From an uncultured delta proteobacterium (GTDB lineage: Bacteria; Desulfobacterota; Desulfomonilia; UBA1062), in the NCBI GenBank assembly GCA_963752595.1, contig CAVVYZ010000020.1, forward strand, positions 64,001-128,000: a DNA stretch of 64,000 nucleotides, given 5' to 3'. The notes below the pieces were generated by a model that worked only from the letters and a program-made list of their open reading frames with translations, did no database searches and was not told the DNA's origin. Shown here in pieces: positions 53,819 through 62,051 of the stretch; the stretch's first letter is position 1; the number at the start of each line of letters is the position of its first letter. The position numbers were made by a program, and so were the translations under genes.

Positions 53819-54879
53819 TCATCTTTTCATATTCTTCTTTGCTGTCTTAATGAAGCGTCCGAATGCCCTGTCCTTTTTACGTTTGTCCAAGTACGACATC
53901 TCATAGTGCTCTGACTCTTTCCTGAGTTTCAAATAACTGGAATAGCGCTCTTCACTCAACTCGCCGTTTGTAATTGCAGTAAGAACTGCGCAGTCTGATT
54001 CCTGAGTATGGCTGCAATCGGCATAGCGACAAGCCATGGAAAGCTCAATAATATCTTCAAACCCTTTGTTTACCCCTTCACTGGCGCCCAGAAGGCCTAA
54101 TTCTCTCATTCCAGGTGTATCAATGAACATAACGCCTTTATCAAGAACAATGAGTTGCCGACGCGCTGTTGTGTGTGTGCCTTCTCCTGTTCCACTGACA
54201 GCTTTAGTATCAAGATCATCCCGTCCAATCAGATGATTGATCAGTGTAGTCTTGCCGACTCCGGATGACCCAAGCAGGCAATATGTTCGACCCGGTATTA
54301 ATACCTGGTGGAATTCGTCAAATCCGGAGCCGGTTATGTTACTGAGTGCAATAACCCTGGTCGTGATGCCGGCCTGTCTGATAGCCGCAAGCTTCTGTTG
54401 CAGCTCATCGTGGGAGATCAAGTCCGTTTTGGCAAGAATGACAATCGGCTCAACATGTCCGTCGGCTGCCATTACTAAATACCGATTCAGTCTCGGTAGA
54501 TTAAAGTCAAAGTGACATGACTGGACAATGAAAGCGATATCAATGTTGGCTGCAATCATCTGGTAGTCCACTTCTACGCCGGCACGCTTTCGGCGTAAAA
54601 ACGTCCTTCGTGGAAAGACCCCATGGATGATTGCCAGGTGTCATCATTGTGATACTGCACGGTGACCCAATCGCCGACACATGGCAGCTCGACCGATGAC
54701 TCAACATGGAAATAGAACTTCCCCGCAAGTTCAGCAGGAATCTCTCTGAGTTCATTCCTGATAATGTAGGAATTGCGATCAACTGCCGACACGCGTGCAA
54801 TGCCTTGATCCTCGTGGCGGATGTCATCGACATGTGCTTCAAACCAGTGGTCAAAACCTAGATCACTCAATTTCATCAT
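53819..54879 (-). CDS. rsgA: ribosome small subunit-dependent GTPase A cassette (frameshifts near 54590-54640)
   Basis: VGDWV, AANID, GSSGVGKT, HTT, DTPG, CxxxxC.H Zn motif. Confidence 0.85.
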
Positions 54880-54887
54880 AACTTGTC

Positions 54888-54944
54888 ACCGAACGTGCGG
54901 ATCACCGGCGGCTGAAAGCCGTCCGGTGGATGCCATTGTTGGGC
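54888..54944 (-). repeat. attC site 6
   Basis: ACCGAAC...GTTGGGC, 57 bp. Confidence 0.9.
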
Positions 54945-55244
54945 TTATTCGATAACTGGTATCCCACGATAACTATGCCAGATTCTTAGGACTTGGATTG
55001 TTTTAAGTGAGTTATCTATAAAGTAGATGATTCGATAAGGCTTTAGAATTGCTTCTCGAATTGAATCTTCACCTTTTTCAGGCACAACTCGATTTGAGAA
55101 GGGAAATTCAGATGCAAGTTCAATATGGTAGATAATCCGATCAGCAAGTTTTGCAGCTGCATCAGGATTATCAAGAGCGATGTACTGAACTATTTCTTTT
55201 AAATCCTCGTATGCAGATTCAGCCCATTTTATTGTGAAAGCCAT
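54945..55244 (-). CDS. RelE/ParE-family toxin
   Basis: AYEDLKEIVQYIALDNP, YRIIY, LRIWH. Confidence 0.88.
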   Translation of the reverse strand: MAFTIKWAESAYEDLKEIVQYIALDNPDAAAKLADRIIYHIELASEFPFSNRVVPEKGEDSIREAILKPYRIIYFIDNSLKTIQVLRIWHSYRGIPVIE

Positions 55245-55414
55245 TTTTTAAGACTTTCTTTTACCTCTTTATGTGGAACGATTTTACCTTCTTTGATGTC
55301 TGCGAGGCCCTTATCAATAGCGGCAAGAAAGTGAATCCGCTCTTCAATATCATTCCAAGTGGCTGAATCTGGGAGTTCCTGAATGGTTTTTATTGCGATT
55401 TCTTTGCTATTCAT
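55229..55414 (-). CDS. cognate antitoxin
   Basis: ELPDSATW..IDKGLADI..HKEV; overlaps the toxin start. Confidence 0.8.
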   Translation of the reverse strand: MNSKEIAIKTIQELPDSATWNDIEERIHFLAAIDKGLADIKEGKIVPHKEVKESLKKWLSQ

Positions 55415-55464
55415 ATCACTTATATACTCCTTTGAAACGATTCAGACAAGTTGCATTATCTGAG

Positions 55465-55521
55465 GCCCGACGTGCTGATCACCGGCGGCTGTAAGCCGTC
55501 CGGTGCATTGGCTGGTTGGGT
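55465..55521 (-). repeat. attC site 7 (R' mutated)
   Basis: GCCCGAC...GTTGGGT, 57 bp. Confidence 0.85.
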
Positions 55522-55638
55522 TGTGGATGGGTACAGAATTTCGCGCTCTATTTAAACCGGCACAGATTCTTCAACCCTAAAGCAGATTCATGTCCTGCAA
55601 TGAAAAACTTAGCCCAACAACCACTGACAGGCGAGCCT

Positions 55639-56541
55639 TCAACGAAAAAACCTCACCGGAAGATTTCCCCAGCCATCGGCCTTGAGAAACTCCAGCGCCG
55701 CACTCACCACCTCTACCGGCTTTTCTTCGTGTACCAGTAGGCGGGCACCCGGAATCTCCAGCAGACGAGCATCTGGAAACTGCTTGACCATCTTGCGCGC
55801 CAGGTCGACGGGAAACGTCGGATCGTCTGCGCCCCAGATCAGTTGCACCGGCATCGTCAGCCTCATATGCGCTTGCTCCAGCACGTCTACCGGCGCCCAC
55901 TGCGCGCCGAGCAGATAGCGTCGCACGCCCTCCATCCGCTGCGGTGAACGCCGTAGCGGTTCGATAATGTAGTCGTGAAAATCGCCTTCGATCAGGCGGA
56001 TATCGGTAAAGCATCCGCCGAACCCCATGGCCGACTGCAGAAACAGTGGCCAGCGCAGCAACACATTGAACACCGCCAGAATCCCTGGCACGTGCATCAG
56101 GAACTGGTAGAGAGGAATCCAAGGCGGACGATGCCCGGGCATCTCGGTGTTGATGAGAATCAGCTTGTCGATACGCGATACATCCTCAAGCGCGAGGAAG
56201 CGGGCGAAAGTGCCGCCGGTGTCCTGTGCCATTACGCTGTAACGCTCTAGACCCAGGCTATTGACCAGCCGCTTCAGCGTCTGCCCTTGGCCCGGAAAGC
56301 TGAAGTCGGTCGCATCCGTCCACTCACTTTCGCCCATACCGGGGATGTCCGGTACGTAGCATGTGTAGTGCATCGACAGCTCAGGAAGCAGCTTGCGCCA
56401 GGTGAAGCCGGAGAGCGGAAACCCGTGCACCAGTAGCAAAGGTGAACCCTTGCCGTATCGGCGACAGGGGAGCCGTTCGTTGCCTGTGTCCACCGTCTGC
56501 ACCGGCGTGTCAAAGTAGAACCGAGTAGTCGCTTCTGTCAT
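55639..56541 (-). CDS. alpha/beta hydrolase (epoxide hydrolase/dehalogenase type) cassette
   Basis: HGFP, QDTGG (Asp nucleophile), WGADD, HEEKP. Confidence 0.85.
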   Translation of the reverse strand: MTEATTRFYFDTPVQTVDTGNERLPCRRYGKGSPLLLVHGFPLSGFTWRKLLPELSMHYTCYVPDIPGMGESEWTDATDFSFPGQGQTLKRLVNSLGLERYSVMAQDTGGTFARFLALEDVSRIDKLILINTEMPGHRPPWIPLYQFLMHVPGILAVFNVLLRWPLFLQSAMGFGGCFTDIRLIEGDFHDYIIEPLRRSPQRMEGVRRYLLGAQWAPVDVLEQAHMRLTMPVQLIWGADDPTFPVDLARKMVKQFPDARLLEIPGARLLVHEEKPVEVVSAALEFLKADGWGNLPVRFFR

Positions 56542-56620
56542 AATAATTAATCAGCCACCGATGATTACTGACACAATTGATGCTACCAATGACACGATTT
56601 CCATATGTTCCCCTCTAACT

Positions 56621-56677
56621 GCCCAACGTGTAGATCAGCGGCGCGGGCGGCAGCCCGCGTCCGTCTGCATGCGTTTG
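56621..56677 (-). repeat. attC site 8, interrupted in R'' by IS copy 1 (remainder TTCGCC at 58387-58392)
   Basis: GCCCAAC...GCGTTTG|TTCGCC reconstitutes a full attC. Confidence 0.9.
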
Positions 56678-56754
56678 ATACTATGTAAGGCCTCCTCGAA
56701 TGGGTGGTATATTTGCTGGACCAACACCAAAAACCAACCAAGGAGGAGGCTTAA

Positions 56755-57798
56755 ATGAGATTCTACACCAAAGAGCACAAATTTTATTGTGGAATCGATC
56801 TGCACACCAAAAAAATGTATGTGTGCATACTGGGAAGCACAGGGGATATCATGGTTCACCGGAACATGAATACAGATGCAGGCGCTTTTCTTGAGCTCAT
56901 TGCTCCCTTTCGCGAGGACATCGTGGTAGCTGCAGAGTGCATGTTCACCTGGTACTGGGTAGCTGATCTGTGCGCCAAAGAGGGAATTCCTTTTATCCTG
57001 GGCCATGCTCTCTATATGAAAGCAATCCATGGCGGAAAGAGCAAAAACGACAAGATCGATTCCCATAAAATTGCTGTGCTCCTTAAGGGCGGCATGCTGC
57101 CCCAGGCATATGTCTATCCGGCGAAGATGCGCTCTACCAGGGATCTCCTCAGGAGGAGAAATCATCTGGTGAGGAAGAGAGCCGAGCTCTTTGCCCATAT
57201 TCAGAACACAAAAAGCCAGTACAACCTGCCGGAACATCTCGGCCGCATTGCCAAGCCGAAGAACAGAGAGGGCGTTGTAGAGCGATTCGACGATAGAAGT
57301 GTGAGGAAGAACATGGAAGTGGACCTTGCCATGATCGAAGCCTATGACCGCATCATCCTCCCGCTAGAGCGGGAGATTATAAAGATCGCCAATGGACATG
57401 ATCTCCTTTCCTATACTCTTCTGCAAACCATCCCAGGAGTCGGCAGAATCCTCGCTCTTGTAATGCTCTATGAAATAGAGACCATTAATCGATTCGCAAC
57501 TGTCCAGGACTTTGCCTCATATGCCCGTCTGGTTAAATGTAAAAAAGAATCCAACGGTAAAACCTATGGAACCAGCGGAAAGAAGATCGGCAATGCTCAC
57601 TTAAAGTGGGCTTTCAGTGAAGCATCGGTACTCTTCATCAAGGGCAATGAACCAGCGAAGAAATACCTCGACCGGCTTACCCAGAAACACGGGAAAGGAA
57701 AAGCACTCTCGATCCTTGCCCACAAGCTCGGAAGAGCTGCCTATTACCTGCTGAAAAACAAAGTGGCTTTCGATACTGAGAAGTTCTTGAGCCACTAA
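56755..57798 (+). CDS. IS110-family DEDD recombinase/transposase
   Basis: GIDLH, E, KNDKID (RuvC-like DEDD); TIPGVG; ESNGK Ser loop; GNAHLKW. Confidence 0.95.
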   Translation: MRFYTKEHKFYCGIDLHTKKMYVCILGSTGDIMVHRNMNTDAGAFLELIAPFREDIVVAAECMFTWYWVADLCAKEGIPFILGHALYMKAIHGGKSKNDKIDSHKIAVLLKGGMLPQAYVYPAKMRSTRDLLRRRNHLVRKRAELFAHIQNTKSQYNLPEHLGRIAKPKNREGVVERFDDRSVRKNMEVDLAMIEAYDRIILPLEREIIKIANGHDLLSYTLLQTIPGVGRILALVMLYEIETINRFATVQDFASYARLVKCKKESNGKTYGTSGKKIGNAHLKWAFSEASVLFIKGNEPAKKYLDRLTQKHGKGKALSILAHKLGRAAYYLLKNKVAFDTEKFLSH

Positions 57799-58368
57799 AG
57801 AATTGGAGGAGACGGATCAGTCCGACGCCTAACTGGAGCCATATGGGGATGGAGCACGCATTCACCTCGATCAGAAAGGGAATAGAATATCCTTGCATGA
57901 TAAGAGTGCTTGAAAAAGGATGTGCCCGATTGGTACCCCGCAGCCTGTTGCGCTTGATTGGAGATCCGTCTCGCTCCTTCGATACATGCTCTTGTTGGTC
58001 AGGTTCTGCCCCTTACCCGAACCCGCGCCTAACTGGGAAGAACAGCACCCCGGCGTTTGACTGGGACGGCACGAGGGAGAACGGCATTGTTTCTAGGTCG
58101 CATTCTTCTAAGAAGAGAGGGCAACCACTCGCTTGCATCTCTCTTCGGGAAGAATGATGAAGAGAACCTCAATAAGTGTTTGGTGCAGGATTTGATTTCG
58201 CTTGCACCCGTTGATGAAACCAAAGCCAGAGCAGCCAACATCGAGCAATATGGTTGAACGGAAAAAAGAATCGTCTTACCGTTCAAGAGTGTCTTGCCAA
58301 TAGACACACAATGCAGACGAAAAAGAAGAACAACTTTTTCGTCTTGGGGTAGTTTTATCTATTGACAA
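57799..58368 (+). ncRNA. predicted bridge/seek RNA (two target loops plus one donor loop)
   Basis: Guide pairs GCCTAAC/GCGCTTG, GCCTAAC/GCGTTTG and CATTGTTTC/ATAAGTG within stems; 3' hairpins. Confidence 0.72.
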
Positions 58369-58405
58369 GAGGAGGCCTTATAAGTGTTCGCCTGCTTTTC
58401 ACCGG

Positions 58406-58669
58406 CTATTCGTAATGTGTCCACATGCGGATGACTTTCACTGTTTTGATGTCATCAAGTATTTGGTAAACCAGCCGGTGTTGGATGTTCATTCTTCTGG
58501 AGCATGCTCCAGATAGATCTCCTAGAAGTTTTTCATATGGCGGGGGAGTCTGATAGGGATCTTCTTTGAGGATTTCGAGCAGATGCTCTGCCTGAGGTTT
58601 TAAACCGGAATGTGCGATCTTCTTGGCGTCTTTCTTTGCCTGCTTGGTAAAGGCTACCCTCCAAGTCAC
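58406..58669 (-). CDS. yoeB: Txe/YoeB toxin
   Basis: EKLLGDLSGACSRRMNIQHRLVY, WTHYE. Confidence 0.92.
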   Translation of the reverse strand: MTWRVAFTKQAKKDAKKIAHSGLKPQAEHLLEILKEDPYQTPPPYEKLLGDLSGACSRRMNIQHRLVYQILDDIKTVKVIRMWTHYE

Positions 58670-58908
58670 CAGTCAACATCCTCATCGCACTCCTCTACGG
58701 GAGTTCCAAGCCCTTCCCGGATAGATTCACGCATGCCAGGTATTGATGTGAGGTACAAAGTTTCCTGGATTGCTCGCCAATCATCTTCAGAAATAAGAAC
58801 TGCCGAGCTCCTTTTCCCAACGATCTGAATCGGCTCATGGGATTCTTTCACCTCATCCACAAGGCTATATAAACGCTTTCTTGCTTCCGTTGCTGTTAGG
58901 GTAGGCAT
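58666..58908 (-). CDS. yefM: Phd/YefM antitoxin
   Basis: ATEARKRLY, AVLISE, ETLYL. Confidence 0.92.
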   Translation of the reverse strand: MPTLTATEARKRLYSLVDEVKESHEPIQIVGKRSSAVLISEDDWRAIQETLYLTSIPGMRESIREGLGTPVEECDEDVDW

Positions 58909-58926
58909 ATTATTAAATCTCCTTTA

Positions 58927-58965
58927 CGTACGATATATCGTACGCCATAAGGCAATCAATGTCAA
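58927..58965 (-). promoter_or_regulatory. cassette-internal sigma-70 promoter and operator of yefM-yoeB
   Basis: TTGACA-N17-TACGAT; palindrome CGTACGATATATCGTACG over the -10. Confidence 0.8.
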
Positions 58966-58975
58966 GTCATTTGAA

Positions 58976-59028
58976 GGCGAACGTAGGCATCAGCGGCGGC
59001 TGAAAGCCGTCCGCTGGATGCATTGGGC
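58976..59028 (-). repeat. attC site 9 (R'' damaged by small deletions)
   Basis: GGCGAAC...GGATGCATTGGGC versus family GGATGCCATTGTTGGGC. Confidence 0.75.
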
Positions 59029-59077
59029 TTTATAACTTGTCAATATAACATTCAAAGAATGGCCGTTCTCGATACAT

Positions 59078-60304
59078 TTGTTCAAATTTTCTTGGTTCAC
59101 CACGAACCGCGGGTACAGTAGTTGGTCTCACTTTGTATCGATGCTGTTCTGCCGGTTGGCGCAGGCAAAGAGTATCCGGGAGATTTGCGATGGGCTTGCC
59201 TGTTGCGTGGGAAAACTCAAACATCCGGGGCTTCAGGAATCTCCGAAGAAGTCGACGCTCTCCTATGCGAATGCCCACAGGCCCTGGGAGATGTACCGTG
59301 ATCTTTTCTATCTTCTGCTGGAAAGATACCGTGGAAGCATGAAAGGCAAGAAGAGGAAATTCCGTTTCAAGAACAAGCTGCTTTCTTTGGACAGCACGAC
59401 CATATCCCTGTGCTTGTCCATATTCCCCTGGGCAGAGTTCAGGAGGACAAAAGGTGCGGTCAAGCTGCATCTTCTGCTGGATCATGACGGATATCTTCCC
59501 ACCTATGCCTATATCTCAAACGGGAAAAAGCACGATGTCACCATTGCCAGAAAGGTTCCTCTTACACCGGTCTCCATCGTCACCATGGACAAGGGGTATA
59601 ATGATTACCGCCTGTTTGCTTCCTGGACTGAATCCGGGATCTATTTCGTCACCAGGATGAAAGACAATGCCGTCTACAATGTGGTGGAGGAACGCAGTGT
59701 TCCTCGGCATAAGAATATCCTCTCAGACCAGCTCATCATCTTCACGGGAACAGGAGCCGAAGAGAAATGTCCCCATGTCCTGCGCCGGGTGGTTGTATGG
59801 GACGAAGAAAACCAAAGACAGATTATCCTGCTGACCAACCACTTCTCTTTTTCTGCACGTACCATATCCGCCATCTACAAGGACCGTTGGGAAATCGAGA
59901 TCTTCTTCAAGACGCTCAAGCAGAACCTCAAAGTGAAAACCTTTGTCGGCACCAGCGAAAACGCCCTGTATATCCGGATTTGGACAGCACTTATCGCCAT
60001 GCTCATGATCAAGTACCTGCAGCACATCTCCAGATTATCCTGGTCCCTTTCCAACCTCGTCACCTTGCTTCGCCGGAATCTCTTTACTTACCGTGATCTG
60101 CATGCCTGGCTCGATAACCCCTTTGAAACACCACCGGCTGAACCCGAGTTTGTCCAAGAAGTGCTGCCTTTCCCCGGTCTTGGACAGCATGTGTGCAATG
60201 TAGATAAAATGAGAACCGGGTCATGAAAAATCGCTTGTCCCAAACCTAACGCATTGATTTGTTTTGACCTGAATCAGAAATCAGGATTATTTTGGACAGC
60301 AGTG
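59078..60304 (+). mobile_element. IS4-family element, left end truncated (transposase 59078-60226)
   Basis: DSTTI, KLH, DKGY, YKDRWEIEIFFK (YREK); right end TTTGGACAGCAGTG; matching left IR not found. Confidence 0.85.
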
Positions 60305-60324
60305 GAATTGCATATTAAATTAAT

Positions 60325-60384
60325 GCCCAACGGCGGGCATCACCGGCGCGCGTCAGCGCGTCCGTGTGCATGCCATGGTTGGAT
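60325..60384 (-). repeat. attC site 10
   Basis: GCCCAAC...GTTGGAT, 60 bp. Confidence 0.9.
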
Positions 60385-60388
60385 GCCT

Positions 60389-60703
60389 TTAGAAACCAGT
60401 AAATAAGAAATCAAGAGCTGAAATGATTACATGACGCTGATCTTTAAGGGTCCCGACCTTTTCGCCTAAAACACGGACAGAAACACCTGCCATCTCAGCT
60501 GTGGACATGTATACAATCTTTCGTTTAATTTTAAACTGTGGATTGAGATGGTCTATTGGTCTTCCTAAGGCTGATGCGCTTATAAGGGGCGCAACAACTC
60601 GTGTTGCCAGAGAACTAAGGAGATCGGCTTGAAGATCGACAAGGTAGGGAATATCTTTTTTTGTACGCTCATTTAAATTTTCATACACATCAAATTGTGC
60701 CAT
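60389..60703 (-). CDS. ccdB: CcdB-family toxin
   Basis: MAQFDVY, PYLVDLQ, TRVVAPL, ALDFLFTGF. Confidence 0.9.
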   Translation of the reverse strand: MAQFDVYENLNERTKKDIPYLVDLQADLLSSLATRVVAPLISASALGRPIDHLNPQFKIKRKIVYMSTAEMAGVSVRVLGEKVGTLKDQRHVIISALDFLFTGF

Positions 60704-60951
60704 TAAAAGTTCCTCAATTCATCACTGAATACTCCTGAGACTTCAATTCGCTGATTATAGGCTTCAATAGCCTCTTTATTATTTTCTCTCCATTTGCAAC
60801 GCTTTTCCTCCAGGAGCATTTCTATAAGGCGCTGCTCCAATGCCCTTGATAAATTGATGCTGTTTTTCTTCGCTTGCTGGAGGAGATCGCTATTGATACT
60901 CAGGTTAGTGGATTTTTTAGGTGCTTTGGGATTAAAGATGTTGATTTGCAT
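60703..60951 (-). CDS. ccdA: CcdA antitoxin
   Basis: KKSTNLSIN, INLS, WRENNKEAIEAYN. Confidence 0.9.
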   Translation of the reverse strand: MQINIFNPKAPKKSTNLSINSDLLQQAKKNSINLSRALEQRLIEMLLEEKRCKWRENNKEAIEAYNQRIEVSGVFSDELRNF

Positions 60952-60962
60952 GCTTGCCTCCT

Positions 60963-61000
60963 TATGCGCATATAATAGCCACATTAATGCGCATTATCAA
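60963..61000 (-). promoter_or_regulatory. ccdAB promoter with two ATGCGCAT operator palindromes
   Basis: TTGATA-N17-TATTAT on the minus strand. Confidence 0.7.
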
Positions 61001-61029
61001 GCGATTCTTTAGTAATGATATTTGTGATC

Positions 61030-61089
61030 ATCCAACGCCTGAATTAAGCCGCGCCGCGAAGCGGCGTCGGCTTGAATGAGTTGTTAGGC
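61030..61089 (-). repeat. attC site 11 (aadA/Xanthomonas-like type)
   Basis: Minus strand GCCTAACAACTCATTCAAGCCGACGCCGCTTCGCGGCGCGGCTTAATTCAGGCGTTGGAT. Confidence 0.92.
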
Positions 61090-61135
61090 ATGATTGGATT
61101 TTCCCCACTTTCTGAGTCGCCCGGTAATCCCCTCA

Positions 61136-61882
61136 TCACCGCGTCATCAGCGCGAACACGCCCCAGCCCAGGTATTCACGCGTGTAAGCGGCGTAGCGCT
61201 CGGGTTCCGAGGTTAGTTTGGCTCGAACATCTTTCGCGAACTCGTCGTCGGGATTGGCTTCAAGCCATCGGCGCATGGTGAGCCATTTGGCCGCCTCGTA
61301 TCTGTCCCAGCCGTCTTGGTCAGCCAGAACCATTTCAACGACGTCGTAGCCGAGGTGGCCGAAAGACGCGAGAAGTTCTGGAAGCATGAGAAAGTCGGAG
61401 ATTGAGTCGGCAAGACACCCCTTGGCAACATCTTCCGTCGGCGGTAACTGCCGCCAGTAGGGCTCGCCGATGAGGATGATCCCTCCGGGGCGGAGGCTCT
61501 GCGCCAGAAGTTCGATAGTTCCGCTGACGCCCCCGCCGATCCACGTGGCGCCGAGACAGGCTGCCACACCGGCCTTCTCGTCAGAGACGAAGCCGGCAGC
61601 ATCGCCATGGATGAACTTGACTTGATCGGCGACACCGAGTTCTTCAGCGCGGAGTTTCGCTTGCTCGGTGAACAACTGGCTCATGTCGATGCCGGTGCCG
61701 ATGACTCCGTAATCGCGTGCCCAGGTGCACAGCATCTCCCCCGAACCGCTGCCGAGGTCGAGCACTCGGGTCCCCCTTTCCAGACGCAGCGCCGCGCCGA
61801 GAGTGGCGAGCTTTTCGGGTGTGAACGGGTCATGGATGCGGTGAGCACTTTCGGTGATGTTGAAGATCCGTGGAATATCCAA
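61136..61882 (-). CDS. YjhP-like class I SAM methyltransferase cassette
   Basis: MDIPRIFNI, LDLGSGSG, YLGWGVF. Confidence 0.85.
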   Translation of the reverse strand: MDIPRIFNITESAHRIHDPFTPEKLATLGAALRLERGTRVLDLGSGSGEMLCTWARDYGVIGTGIDMSQLFTEQAKLRAEELGVADQVKFIHGDAAGFVSDEKAGVAACLGATWIGGGVSGTIELLAQSLRPGGIILIGEPYWRQLPPTEDVAKGCLADSISDFLMLPELLASFGHLGYDVVEMVLADQDGWDRYEAAKWLTMRRWLEANPDDEFAKDVRAKLTSEPERYAAYTREYLGWGVFALMTR

Positions 61883-61923
61883 TGTAGTAAACCTCCTTAT
61901 GGGTGTGAATAGATTCGGTCACT

Positions 61924-61974
61924 GCCTAACGCCAGGCATCAGCGGCGGCTTTAGCCGTCCGCTGGAGGCCTTTG
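61924..61974 (-). repeat. attC site 12, interrupted in R'' by IS copy 2 (remainder TTATGC at 63684-63689)
   Basis: GCCTAAC...GCCTTTG|TTATGC. Confidence 0.9.
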
Positions 61975-62051
61975 ATACTATGTAAGGCCTCCTCGAATGG
62001 GTGGTATATTTGCTGGACCAACACCAAAAACCAACCAAGGAGGAGGCTTAA

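Larger units (their letters stand above)
56678..58386 (+). mobile_element. IS110-family, IS1111-type element, copy 1 (1709 bp)
   Basis: Sub-terminal IRs TAAGGCCTCCTC (56686-56697) / GAGGAGGCCTTA (58369-58380); TG core at both junctions; long 3' non-coding end. Confidence 0.93.

Noticed and set aside
55612-55640. GCCCAAC as a thirteenth attC delimiting an empty cassette
   Set aside because: No palindromic body or partner GTT follows; GTTGGGT at 55515 already pairs acceptably with GCCCAAC at 56621.
57843-58307. ORFs (104, 66 and 92 aa) inside the IS right end as passenger genes
   Set aside because: No recognisable motifs, and the region is better explained by stems and guide matches of an ncRNA.
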